This document shows positions 13,294 through 25,154 of a DNA stretch of 64,000 nt, one piece after another. Under the pieces are notes generated by a model, which was not told where the DNA came from, did no database searches, and saw nothing but the letters and a program-made list of their open reading frames with translations. The first letter of the stretch is position 1, and every line of letters starts with the position of its first letter. Origin of the DNA: Azolla caroliniana (lineage: Eukaryota > Plantae > Polypodiophyta); NCBI GenBank assembly GCA_043228905.1, contig JBHGNT010000017.1, positions 3,534,001-3,598,000 on the forward strand. Direction: 5' to 3'. Both the position numbers and the translations under genes were made by a program.

Positions 13294-16200
13294 CTGCAAG
13301 TTAAATTTAAAGCATAATTTTTCCCACTCAGCCAATTCAACACCTAAGATTGTAACTGTGCTCTCACCTATACGATCAGATGGGTCTTCAAGCATATTAA
13401 AGTCCCCAACAATGCACAAATGATCCATTACAGGGAGATCATTCCACAATTGGCACCAAAATTGTGCCCTTCCCCTTGCTGAATTTGGCGTATAAACATT
13501 CAAGAAGCCAACTTTTTTCTCTAATATCTTTAAGACTATAAATTGGGCACGACCACCCTGTAAAAAACCCTTGTCTACAATCAAAGAAGCCCATTTTTCA
13601 GAACATGCAATAGCAAGCCCCCCTTGCATTCTAGTTGGGCCATAAACTGGAATCCAATCATAAAATCACCTTCCCTTCAAGAATTTACGAATTTTAGCCA
13701 CTATATTTTGTGATAAACGATGCTCTTGTATAAATAAAATGTCAAATTTACCTACATTCTGAGATGATAGTTCCTGATTAAACAAGCCTTTCACTTTATG
13801 AAATTTATCACCTCCTAACCCTTGTACATTCCAAGAGAGTAAAGTCAATGAATCCATATCACAAGGAGGGAGGTAACAACCTTTTATCCTTCAAGATATC
13901 ACGTCATTCCTTCCGAGCTGAAGAAACTGCTCTAGTAATTCTTTTTTCCATATTAGAATTTCTATTATCCTTATATACTCTATTTTTGGTATTCCCTACA
14001 ACCTCAACTACACTATTAGATGCTAAAAATTTATACGGAATGGGAACATTTTCAGCATGCAACACCATCTTCTTTGAGTGATCCTATACGTTCTTTCTCA
14101 CAATCTCAGCATAAGAAAATGGCACAATATCCTTAGATATAGAAATTTACTGAATTTCTGGCTTAAAAGGACATATTTGCATGTTTGATTGATTCTCTAA
14201 ATGTTGCACCAACTTTTGAACCTTTGAAGAATTACTCATAGGCACTACATCGTCACAAAGACCAACCTCCCGAACCATACTAGCTTGTTGGGTATCAACA
14301 ATAGGTAACAACTTGTAATGTGCTTCTACAGCCTGTGAAACAGTATTCAAAAGTGGAAAATGTTGCAAAGGATTATTATAAATTCTATCAAGCAATTCAA
14401 TTTTTTTCTTTCCCTGAGACGCCTAACTTCTATTCACGGTCTGCCATTGCAAAGATTTTTGAACAAGACCTTCACCAAACGAGGTAGTATCTTGTTCCAA
14501 TGGACAAGCTTTGGCAATATGACCTATTTCCTTACACATGTAACATTGATTTGGTAAACCATAATATACAACTTTATGAATTTTTGGAAAAGCATTTCCA
14601 TCTAGTTTCGGCAATCGAATCCATTGTGGCAATTAGTCCCCTTTCCTACATAACAATTTCACTGATGGATCTCCTCCTTCCAAAACCTCATTCGTAGTAC
14701 ATGACTGAAATGCCAAGACCTTACCAATAGATGCACTTAGTTTAGGCAATATCTTCCTCCATTCTTTCTCCAAATTTGGGAAAACCGTCGTACAAGTGAA
14801 CATAGCGGCTGAATCCTCTTGTAATGCAAATGTATGAAATCCGTGACGCCACGCCGCCAGGGCACCCTTAAGATCCGCCAAGCCCAATGATAAGAGACGA
14901 GAAACCGATTCACCATTCTCGAATTCCAATTGATAGCAAACATGTCCTAATATTTGAATGTCAATAATTTTATCAAAATTAGATTGGATAGAAGCCTGTA
15001 ACAAATGTCGAAGATCCCCTTTGCTCGGCCGGCTTCCCAAAATATTTACCACTATTGAGACGGCTTGAAGACGAATCACCTCTTGCATAACAATCACTTC
15101 ATCCTCTGGTGCTAGGCTAATGTCTAAAGTCTCTTCGACTGAGATTGGGTTGAGAGTTGATGCATTGGATCGCTCTCGAGGCGTTGATGTCGACGGTCCC
15201 TCCATGACTGAGTAGGTACTTCCTTAATGTATTCCCTCTCTCTCCTTTTTGTATACTGTAACTTCCCTAGTTTTTGTTAAATAAATTTGTTATTAAGAAT
15301 AGAGAAGAGGATTACCATGATAAATTGACTCTTCTCTGCTAATCCTTGCTGATTTTGGCGGCCACTCGCTTCCGTAGGAGAGGAAAAAAGGTTGTGCAAG
15401 GGGCAACGATGGCGATAGCAAAGCTCTCAGAGTTCATTAGATATTCGTATGTGAAATAACAAAATAAGTACAATTGACAAGTCTTTTCACTTGTTAGCGT
15501 ATCGCTTCACTTCAAAGAGAATATTAGCTCACTAATAGTAAAGGAATAGTGCATATGGTGAACAAACGGATGTGTCTGGCATTTATTCATAAATGTGGTT
15601 TTCTTGATCGGAGAAGAATATAGTGCAAATGCAACATATGTGTGAAATGCTAGTCGCAATGTCTTTCCAAAGTTGTGAACATTGGCGTTGCATAAAAGCT
15701 TATTTGGTAAAGGAATTTATTGACACATCATGAAACAAATGTGACACATCTTATCTCTTCTAAGACCAAAATTGGCCCGTGAGACAATTGGTTTAGGGTT
15801 TAGCCGTCAAGATGAGATGTATCATGGTGATTAGGGATGGGTCAACAAGGCAAATTCTTTACCTTTCTCTGGTTAGTATATGTTAATTGTCACTCCTCAA
15901 AGTTACAAGCGAACAAACTATATGCCATTGTTTTGGTCTCTTGGAAATTATGTATAGATCATGTTAACAAATACCAAAGGACGAATCTCTCTCTCTCTCT
16001 CTGCTTCATTATGATGGTTCTTATATGTTTGTGGAGAGGATACTCAATTCTTCTACTAACTAGGTGGGGGGTGTCTCCTAACCTATATTTCTTCAATCCT
16101 CTTAAAGGCAATCTTTTTAGGGAAGCTCACTTGTGTCATGTCTACTCTACATGGGCTCGAGTCTCGGCGCAGGTGGTACGTGGTCAAGGAACATTCGTTC

Positions 16201-16685
16201 GTTAAGGTCGACGATAATTACATGCTTCCTCCATGGGCTGCCCCACATAGCGAAGCTAAACATGGCCGCCGCCCCCCCACACGATGGATGTTCCACGAGA
16301 CAAAGCAGATCCGAGTGATTTCGGTCCTCGACAATGAAAAGTGCGTGACATGGTGGAGACCCTAATCGGAAGATACATGGGGGGGGGGGGTCTGTGTACC
16401 CCTGGGATCTCATATAACTAACTTATGTATAGATAAAGAAGCATACCAACACTAAAATTAGTTCTCTAAAATTAGTTCTATGTCTCTCTCCCATCAAAAC
16501 CAATAATCTCTAGGCTAAGTTAAGTTAAAGTAGGTAGGCCATGTGAAGTGGTGCTTACTTAGCTGTTTCTTCCTTGATCTTCTCTAAGAATACACAACAG
16601 CAGTACTAGCGATGCAGCTGCAGAGCAGAGGTCGTTGCCAAGCCCCAGGCCATGGCCCCTCCTCTCTCAGCACCACCATGGCCCC

Positions 16686-19600
16686 ATGCATACCCTGAAA
16701 CGGATACCTTCAAGCTTCTCATCCGTCTCCACTACCCTCTCCTCTCACCATCCGAAGAGCTCAGGAAGATGCAAATGGGAGAGGTTTTTCGCTGGCAAAC
16801 CAGGCTCTCTTCATATATCTGAACATGCTATTCAGCTTGAGATCATGTGCAAAGAAGGAAGCCTGGACATGGCCATGGAAACCTTGGAAAACATGGATAA
16901 GAGGAGGCTTTCACCTCTGCATCCTCATCATGTGTACATGCCTCTGATGGAGGCGTGCCGGAAACGAAAATCACTCCACCATATAAAATATCTTCATGCC
17001 CATCTGGTACATCACAATGTGGAAATAAGTGGTTTTCTCGGTGAATATCTGGTTTTAACATTGGTTAAATGTGGTGGGCTAGATGATGCAATTTGTGTGT
17101 TCGAACAGTTATCGCTTCACACTGTTCTCTCGTGGACGGCCGTGATTTCCGGCTATATAGATAGTGGCAAAGCTGTGGAAGCTTTTAAACTATTTAAATG
17201 CATGATAGAAAAAGAGGTCCAGCCAAATCAGTATACTTATGTAAGCTTGATCAAGGCTTGTGGCACTATTGCTGATATTGAAAAGGGTAGAGAGCTACAT
17301 AAGGATGTATGTGAGAAAGGGTTATCAAATGCTTTTATTGCAAGCGCCCTTGTGAGTATGTATGGAAAGTGTGGAAGCATTTATGACGCTGAGAATGTGT
17401 TTGGAGCGTTTTTTCAGCTTAATTCTGTATCTTGGAATGCCATGCTTTCCATATATGTCAACCAAGGTCAAAGTGAAAGGGCGCTGTTAATGTATAGGCA
17501 GATGCATTTTGAAGGTGTGAGTATGGATGGGCGGACATATGCAATTATTCTCCAAGCATGTGTGTGTCTTATAGATCAAAATAATACAGAGGAGAAACTA
17601 GGAAACATGGAGCTTTTAGACATTGTCATGTCTTTACATGCTGATGCTGAAAAGAAGGGCTTTGATTCTGTCATGTATGTGGGGAACAATCTTCTGAGAA
17701 TATATGGGAAGTTTGGACGGCTTAGGGAAGCAGAAAATGTATTCAACGATTTATGTGATCGTAATGTTGTGTCTTGGAGTATCATAATCACAGCTTATGT
17801 TGATCACAACCGAGGAAAGAGTGCGTTACAGCTTTATAGGAAGATGCAGGATGAAGGACTACAGCCTGACGAATGGATGTTCGTAGTTGCTCTTAAAGCA
17901 TGTGGAAATCTCTGTCAGAATGAGGAAAAAGCTAAGTTATTGTCATTAGAGATAGGCCAGGCAATACATTCTGATATCGAGAGAGAGGGTCATTCGTCTC
18001 AATTATTTGTTGCCAACACCCTCCTTAGTATGTATAGTAAATGTGGAAGCATTGGAGAGGTAGAACTTGTGTTTGGTTCACTGAATGAGCAGAATCTTGT
18101 GACATGGAATGCAATGCTCTCAGCATACATTGAGCATGAACTAGGAGAAAATTGCTTACAGTTATATAGACAAATGCAAGAGGATAGGTTAAAGTTAGAC
18201 CAATGGAGTTACAGCAGTGTGTTTCAAGCATGCTGCATCATTGCAGAGAAGGCAAGTGTTTTTGAAGGGAAGTCAATCAAAGTCTCATATAGAGATATTG
18301 TCCAAGGACTATACGTGGAGGTGCGGAGGGAAGGGTTTGTTGAAGATGCCTTTGTTTGTAGCATGCTCATAAGCATGTATAGCAAGCTCATGGAACTTCC
18401 GGAGCTAGAGTATATATTTGAGCGATTACCTAAGGATGATGTGAAAGTATGGAATGCAATGCTTGTAGCATATAATGAGCAAGAGAAGTATGAAAAGGCC
18501 TTGAAGCTGTATAGGAGGATGCAAGAGGCTGATGTGCTTCCTGATCAACTGAGCTTTATGACTGCCTTTCAGTCTTGTTGTTTTCTTGCTGAGAAGGAAG
18601 AAGCCGTCAACATAGAGGGGATGCAGATGAAGATAAGTGCATTGGAGATCATCAGAGCTTTACACCTTGATGCCAAGAAGAGAAATTTTCTCTCAGATAC
18701 CTTCATTTTTAATAACCTTTTGAGTGCCTATGCAAAATGTGGAGCTGTTGCAGAAGCAGAGGCATTGTTTCATAGCTTACCACAATACAGCGTTATATCT
18801 TGGAACACCATGTTGTCAGCATATGTCGTTGACGGTGAAGGTCAGACAGCTTTGCTCCTCTATAGACAATTGCATGTGGAAAATATGAATCCAAATGAGC
18901 TGACTTTTATAATGGCTCTGCAAGCATGTGCTCTCCTTGCTGTTGAAGAAGATAAATTTTCAGATGATATATTGAGGAAACAGATAACTTTAGACATTGG
19001 GCATGCATTACATGCAGATGCAATGAAGAAAAGCTTTACCTCTAAATGCTTTGTTGGTAACACAATTTTGAGTACATACTGCAAGTGCAGAAACATCCGT
19101 GATGCAGAGGATATATTTAGTAAACTATCTCAGCATGATGTTGTGTCGTGGAGTGTGCTGATGTCAGGTTATGTGGAAGTTGGACAAGGAACAAAGGCTT
19201 TGCAACTATACTCGTGGATGCAGAAGCAAAGCATCAGTCCAGATGATAGAACCTTAATGTTTGCCCTCCGTGCATGTTGCTGCCTCATAGATGAGCATGA
19301 ACCTCTAATTGAGGACAGTAAATTGAGTCTTAAAAGCATTCTAGAAATTGGGCATGCATTGCATGCTGATGCTGTGAGATCAGGCTTTGCATCAAATGTG
19401 TTTGTTGAGAACACCATATTGGGTATTTATGGCAAATGTAGAAGTGTTCATGAAGCAGAAAATGTGTTTAATAGGACATCCAAACATGTGGTCTCATGGA
19501 ATGCCATGCTTTCAGCCTTGCTAGAGGTGAGAGAAGGTAAGAAGGCTCTATATCTGTACAAAGAGATGCACAAATGTTGTGTAAATCCAGATAAATGGAC

Positions 19601-20594
19601 TCTTAATATTGTCCTTCAAGCCTGTGGGATTTCTTGGGATGAAGAAGCTGCCATTGATAATGAACTCAGTAAAGTAATGTTGGTAAAACTATGCTATTCA
19701 CTTCATGTTGATTGTGTACATAAGGGATTAGCTGATGATTGCGTAGTTGGAAATACTATTGTTTGTACATATAGCAAGGTTGGGTGCATAAATGATGCAC
19801 TAACTGTCTTGAATGGGTTGTCCCGAACCACGGTGTCCTCTTGGAATGCCTTACTTGCTGAATATGTTCACGAGGGTCAAGTTAACCAGGCGTTAGAGCT
19901 CTATAAGTATATGCGAAAGAAATGTCTACCATTAGATAAATTCACATGCGCTTGGGTTTTGCAAGCTTGCAGTGAATTGGGAAGCATAGAAGAATGCTGG
20001 CAACTACACTTCTTGATTGCTGCCTCAGAAACAGGAATGACTCCTCATTTAGCCACTTCCCTCATTCATGCATATGGAAGTTGTGCAAGCACAGCAGACT
20101 CACAAGGGATCTTTGATCTACTCCCTCAACCTGATGTTTTTGTATATAGTGCATGCATTGCTGGTTATGCATTAGAAGGAGATTGTCATTCCAGCTGTTG
20201 TATTTTTGAGAGCATGCAACTTATTGATATTAGCCCTAATAGAGTTACGTTCCTCTCTCTAATTTGTGCCACCAATCATTCTGGTATCATTGATATGGGT
20301 ATCATGTTCTTTAAATCTATGATGAAAATATATTTCCTAACTCCAGACGTGAAACATTATGCCGCAATGATAGAGCTTTTAGGACGTGCAGGCGATTTTG
20401 CAAAGGTGAAGAAACTTCTAGAAGGTATGCCAATGCGAGGAGATGTTGCGATTTGGTCCACATTGCTTGGTGCTTGCCTTACCCATGGTAATTTGGCATT
20501 GGGAAAACAAGCATTTGAACATGCGACATGTTCAGACCCAATGGATGTTGCTGCATATGTGCTAATGTCAAATTTGTATGCTGATGCAAATTGA
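16686..20594 (+). CDS. Intronless PLS-class PPR protein with E domain, no DYW (putative organellar RNA-editing specificity factor)
   Basis: Uninterrupted ORF with first in-frame ATG at 16686. About 10 P-L-S triplets (VSWNAMLSAY, F...LQAC, NTLLSMYSKCG). C-terminal HYAAMIELLGRAG...IWSTLLGAC..HGN...AAYVLMSNLYA*. Ser/Arg-rich N-terminus resembles a transit peptide. Confidence 0.95.
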   Translation: MHTLKRIPSSFSSVSTTLSSHHPKSSGRCKWERFFAGKPGSLHISEHAIQLEIMCKEGSLDMAMETLENMDKRRLSPLHPHHVYMPLMEACRKRKSLHHIKYLHAHLVHHNVEISGFLGEYLVLTLVKCGGLDDAICVFEQLSLHTVLSWTAVISGYIDSGKAVEAFKLFKCMIEKEVQPNQYTYVSLIKACGTIADIEKGRELHKDVCEKGLSNAFIASALVSMYGKCGSIYDAENVFGAFFQLNSVSWNAMLSIYVNQGQSERALLMYRQMHFEGVSMDGRTYAIILQACVCLIDQNNTEEKLGNMELLDIVMSLHADAEKKGFDSVMYVGNNLLRIYGKFGRLREAENVFNDLCDRNVVSWSIIITAYVDHNRGKSALQLYRKMQDEGLQPDEWMFVVALKACGNLCQNEEKAKLLSLEIGQAIHSDIEREGHSSQLFVANTLLSMYSKCGSIGEVELVFGSLNEQNLVTWNAMLSAYIEHELGENCLQLYRQMQEDRLKLDQWSYSSVFQACCIIAEKASVFEGKSIKVSYRDIVQGLYVEVRREGFVEDAFVCSMLISMYSKLMELPELEYIFERLPKDDVKVWNAMLVAYNEQEKYEKALKLYRRMQEADVLPDQLSFMTAFQSCCFLAEKEEAVNIEGMQMKISALEIIRALHLDAKKRNFLSDTFIFNNLLSAYAKCGAVAEAEALFHSLPQYSVISWNTMLSAYVVDGEGQTALLLYRQLHVENMNPNELTFIMALQACALLAVEEDKFSDDILRKQITLDIGHALHADAMKKSFTSKCFVGNTILSTYCKCRNIRDAEDIFSKLSQHDVVSWSVLMSGYVEVGQGTKALQLYSWMQKQSISPDDRTLMFALRACCCLIDEHEPLIEDSKLSLKSILEIGHALHADAVRSGFASNVFVENTILGIYGKCRSVHEAENVFNRTSKHVVSWNAMLSALLEVREGKKALYLYKEMHKCCVNPDKWTLNIVLQACGISWDEEAAIDNELSKVMLVKLCYSLHVDCVHKGLADDCVVGNTIVCTYSKVGCINDALTVLNGLSRTTVSSWNALLAEYVHEGQVNQALELYKYMRKKCLPLDKFTCAWVLQACSELGSIEECWQLHFLIAASETGMTPHLATSLIHAYGSCASTADSQGIFDLLPQPDVFVYSACIAGYALEGDCHSSCCIFESMQLIDISPNRVTFLSLICATNHSGIIDMGIMFFKSMMKIYFLTPDVKHYAAMIELLGRAGDFAKVKKLLEGMPMRGDVAIWSTLLGACLTHGNLALGKQAFEHATCSDPMDVAAYVLMSNLYADAN

Positions 20595-23513
20595 AACTGT
20601 AGTTGTATGACAACTATTGACCGATGGAGAAAGTTGTATCTTTTCGTTGGATATTTTGGTTGTCATGGCCTGAATGGGCATGTAAATTTATGATGATTTC
20701 AGACTTAATTCAAGTGCTTGAAATTGTGCGTACTTATTTTTGTCAAGTTGTGTTGGATCCACATTCTTGTAAGGTAAATTTCCTTGCTATGCCTGTCTAT
20801 CTTTGTATGACTTCAAGTCAATGTCTTACAACAAAGAAAAACATAGGGTTATAAACATTGTTTTCAGTGTCCTAATGAAAATAAATCTTATAATTAGAGC
20901 CCAATGTTTTCTATGAGCTCTCTTTTACTCTTTGTGAGGATTGTATGCCTCCAACTTTAAGATTGGCCTGCAAGCCATGCTAATGTGTATGTAGGCTTAA
21001 AAAAGTCAATCTTATTGGAATGGTAAATTTCTAACTTGGTTGTTAAATGTATTCTCTCAAACAAACCTCATAATATTATTATAGAGATGATTTAATTCAT
21101 TGAGAAAAAAATATTAACTACACAAACCACATGAGATATTATAGAAATATAATGTTTCTACACACATGTTATGGCATATTCATTTATAATATTATGTTGC
21201 TACCAATTATCCAATTCTTCTATTCTTCATATCCTTCCAAACTTCCAAACATAAGCTCCACAACCTTATCAAAGTTGGTCTCATTTCATGTATGCCCACA
21301 AACATAAATAAATTACATTCCTGAGATTGAGAGAACGTGCATATTTTGGTTTTGAAATTTAATTGTGATCTTATTAATATTAGAAAATCAGTTTTGAAGT
21401 TTAAATTTGATATTATTCATCTTAGAAAATCCGTTTGAATTAGTACAAGTCGGTTTTATGGTTTCATTGATGGGTTATATCACTTTTTATCCATAAAAAG
21501 TGATGCTTGGTTTGTTGTGGTGGGTGAAAGTATGAAAGGAAATATGAAGCCAATATTGAAGCACACACACACAAGATGTTATGAAAGAGGATTTCCAATG
21601 ATTAATCTTATAACTTAAGGATCAATTAGTATAAAGGGGTTATAATTTGGTGATTAATTAGCAACAAATACAAAATATTGAATTGCATTTGAAGTAGTAG
21701 TAGAAATGGTGTGAACTAGAAGAAAAAAGGAAAGAAAGAGGTAAGGCCAGAGGGCTGTACTGGGTTTTTATTTTGTTTGAGACGACGTCTTCAAATGAAC
21801 ACTCTCTTGCATTGAGTGGAGGTGTTCTTCATCCACTCTCTTGCTCCCTCTTTTGAAGTTTTACAATATTCTTTATCTCTCTATCTTGTTCTCTATCCTC
21901 CCCCACTCTCTCTATTTGGATTCGTTTCTTGACCCTTCTATCATTGACACATACTTTACCAAGGAAGTATCAAACAATAAAATGCTCACTAACAAGCACG
22001 TATTACATATATATTATAATGTTATTTATTTCTAAATCATATGATATCAGCTATGGCTAAAAACTATATCCACCGTAGACTATAGACATGACTCATTATT
22101 GAGTTGATGACACATATATAATTATGTATTGACCATTATCCTTAAAAATCATAGCATATGTTTTGGACACGCGTTTAAAAAAGCTACTTCTCCATGGACC
22201 AAGAACATATTTTCTCCCCATTCATGTTGACAAGTGTCATTTGAGCCCTAGACTCTTTCATCTAGAATTTACATGTCAAGTGATGTTTTTAGAGGCCCAA
22301 GAAGGGTGGATAACCGTCACATATTGTCATAGGCCTCCACGAACCTATTTCCATTCCCTCTTCTCATTCTCGTCACGAAATTACATAGTTCGTACAATCT
22401 TCTTGACATGCTCTTATGTTGTTCATGAATTTGAGCACCACATTGTTGTCCATCCAAATGACATGTAACATATTGTAAATTAGCTTAATCAAATCTAGTC
22501 TTCAATTGCATATTTTGCATAGAAATCATGTAGTGAGAGCATAATGTAAGTAAATGCTCTATTCAACTCTCTCATTCTAATAGGTATTAAGGTTCTATGT
22601 ATTCCTCATTTAGTGCAGATCTATATTTAAGGCATCCCTCTACTACCCTCACATTCAAAATCTTGAAAGAGGCCAACCATCGTAAAAGGGGACAACTTGA
22701 ATATTTTCTTTATTGAGTAGTCTATACTCTAAATATAAAGGTAAGCTACAATCCCAACCAATTTAAGTATAATCAAATTCTTATTGTGATGACAAGCACA
22801 AACATCAGGTAAATGCCATGTAGTGCAACATGTTCAACTCTAATAGAACATACACTGATATTGATTCTCAGTGCTCAGCTTGGCAAAATTAATATCTTTT
22901 TCTCTTTACACCACAGCACTTTACACTTTATCTTTTCTAGCATATATCAATATGTACTTGAACTTGCAATGATTTCCCTTCAGAGATTTACTACCTTTCT
23001 TTTAAGAAAACACAAAATTAAATTCCTCTCACTCCTTGATTTGCCTTCAATATTTCAGTGAGATTAAAGTGATACATACATAGTCACTTCATTTTCAAAA
23101 AAAACATTGAAAAGTGATGCCTTATATACTGAAAGTCATCATTGCCAAAGGATAAAACCTAATAATCCTTATCCAGAGGACCAACACAATGGAAAACAGT
23201 CCGACTGTTCTGCACATGTTTTGTTTGGAGATATCATATTGAAATACTTTATGATAAATGTTCAAGTTCAAGTAAACACTAGCATATCGACTGACCAAAA
23301 TATAGATCACTTATATTTGCAAAATGAGCCATAGTTTTTATTGACTGTCTACAGGCAATGATTATTTTAAAATCAATGTAATAGATCAAACATAATACAC
23401 ACGGTTATATGTAGGTATCGTATAGGTTCTTTCTTTAGTAGTACTAAAACAGGACATTCCTCTAAAATGCACAATACCCCTCCAACACATAGTAGTTTGC
23501 TTGTTAACCGCAG

Positions 23514-24847
23514 TTAACCGCAGCATTCCTCCAACACGCAGCAGCAACAAAGTGCGGCTAAGCTATATTCATGAACCCATAAAAGAAAATCAGACCATGG
23601 AATTGGAGCAAAATGTTATCATAAGGCTTATTCAACAAGGTTTTCCTGGGATTTTTCTTTATGCCTTTCCAAAAGAGGCCCTTCTTCCCTTATTTTTCCT
23701 TACACAAGATCCAAGGTAAAGTAAACAAAAAACGAAACCACAGAAAATTTCAAATCAATAAGAAGAAAAAAGGGTTCCCCTTCTGGTGTCATCTATTAGT
23801 TTTCTTAAAATAGATTGTGTCTAAGTATTTTGAGCACTCTACTTTTAACACAATTCAAATCTGACTAACTCATACGATTTTTGTGAGTAATCCACGCTCC
23901 TCTGATGCTCATCTTTTGCAGCCCATTTCAGATAAGCTAAAAATAATCGATTTCTCTCCTGAGCCCATTTTGGATAAGCTACAAAGACCTTTTCACTGTC
24001 TTCGAACAGAGCAATATGCTTAACTTTGATTTTTCTTCAATCCATTGCTCGGGTGAGCTAAACCCATACTTTATCCATCAGACTCTAGACTGCATCATGA
24101 GCTTCATGTCTATATGATCGCTTCACTTTTTCTTTTAATCAAAGTTCAATGAGACCTCCATAAGTTGCCATCTTTATGCTACATACATATTCATGCCCTT
24201 TATGTGTACCTGCCTTAATATATCGGCACCTTTACCCTACATAATCTATGTCTCACCTACAGAATCCTATTACTCAGGATGTTTTCGTAGCTTGAAGAAT
24301 CTCATCATGTTCTGATAAGTTGCAAAGCATGAATTTATGGTGAAAAACAATCTCGAAATTGCCTTGTATATGCATGGACGTAGTGCATACAACCAAGACA
24401 CACATATGTGTACATAGATACATACATACAATAATTACATACACATACCTACATAGAAGCACTAGAAAAAAAATTAAAATGGAACGTGAGAGAGAGAGAG
24501 AGAGAGAGGGAGGGAGAGAGGAAAACACAAACCAGCCTTCAATGCAACCCTTGTCACGATCATCACGAGTTTGCGGGCGATCCTTGCGACCAAAGATAGA
24601 CTTTTGGGGAGCTTTGATAGCAACAGGAGCTTGTGGTTGCTCTTGTTGCAAAGGGATAGGATAGCCTGCCCAAAATTCACATACCACATATCACATCTCT
24701 ACCTATCTCTGTCTGTATGTATGTATCTGTGTGTGTGTGAGTGAGATTTTCATGTAAAGTTTGATCGATTCCTCTAAAGCAAAACATACCTAATGGAGGA
24801 TAGCCAATAGTCCCCTGTTCTGCTGTTTGTGTCTGTGCTTTCTCCAT
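23514..24847 (-). CDS. CYSTM cysteine-rich transmembrane module protein, 79 aa, 3 exons
   Basis: Exons 24847-24790, 24665-24533 and 23562-23514 have GT-AG borders and compatible phases. Protein MEKAQTQ...GYPPLGYPIP...DRDKGCIEGCLAALCCCCVLEECCG*. Confidence 0.93.
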
Positions 24848-25086
24848 CTTTCTCCTTCTTTCTCCTTCCTTCTCTTGCTTGTATTTCTTCTTCTTCTTCT
24901 TCTTCTTCTAAGCCATGCTTTTGCTAAGAATATATAGATCCTAAAAGTAGAGGCAAGGGGAAAGAAACAGAGTAAATTGCTTTTTGGGACCAAGAAACAG
25001 AGTAAAATGCTTTTGGGGAAAAAACAAAGTAAAAAGTTTTGTTCCCATTAAGAGCAAAAAAACAGAGGGTAAATTACTTTGAGAGC

Positions 25087-25150
<64 letters not shown>
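25087..25150. repeat. Compound (CT)/(CA)/(CT) microsatellite upstream of the CYSTM gene
   Basis: Directly visible. Confidence 0.95.

Positions 25151-25154
<4 letters not shown>

Larger units (their letters stand above)
6975..15250 (-). mobile_element. Near full-length decayed L1-type LINE (ORF1 + ORF2) with two nested insertions
   Basis: ORF1 starts at 15205, has a CCHC knuckle (CYMCKEIGHIAKAC) and stops at 13859. ORF2 starts at 13857: endonuclease (WNVQGL, IQEH, GDFN, SDHAPV), RT (WRPITLL, LDFEESYDRVNW, SVRQGC.LAP.LF, FSDDT), then zf-RVT, ending at 7114. Many frameshifts; outer boundaries are approximate. Confidence 0.95.
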
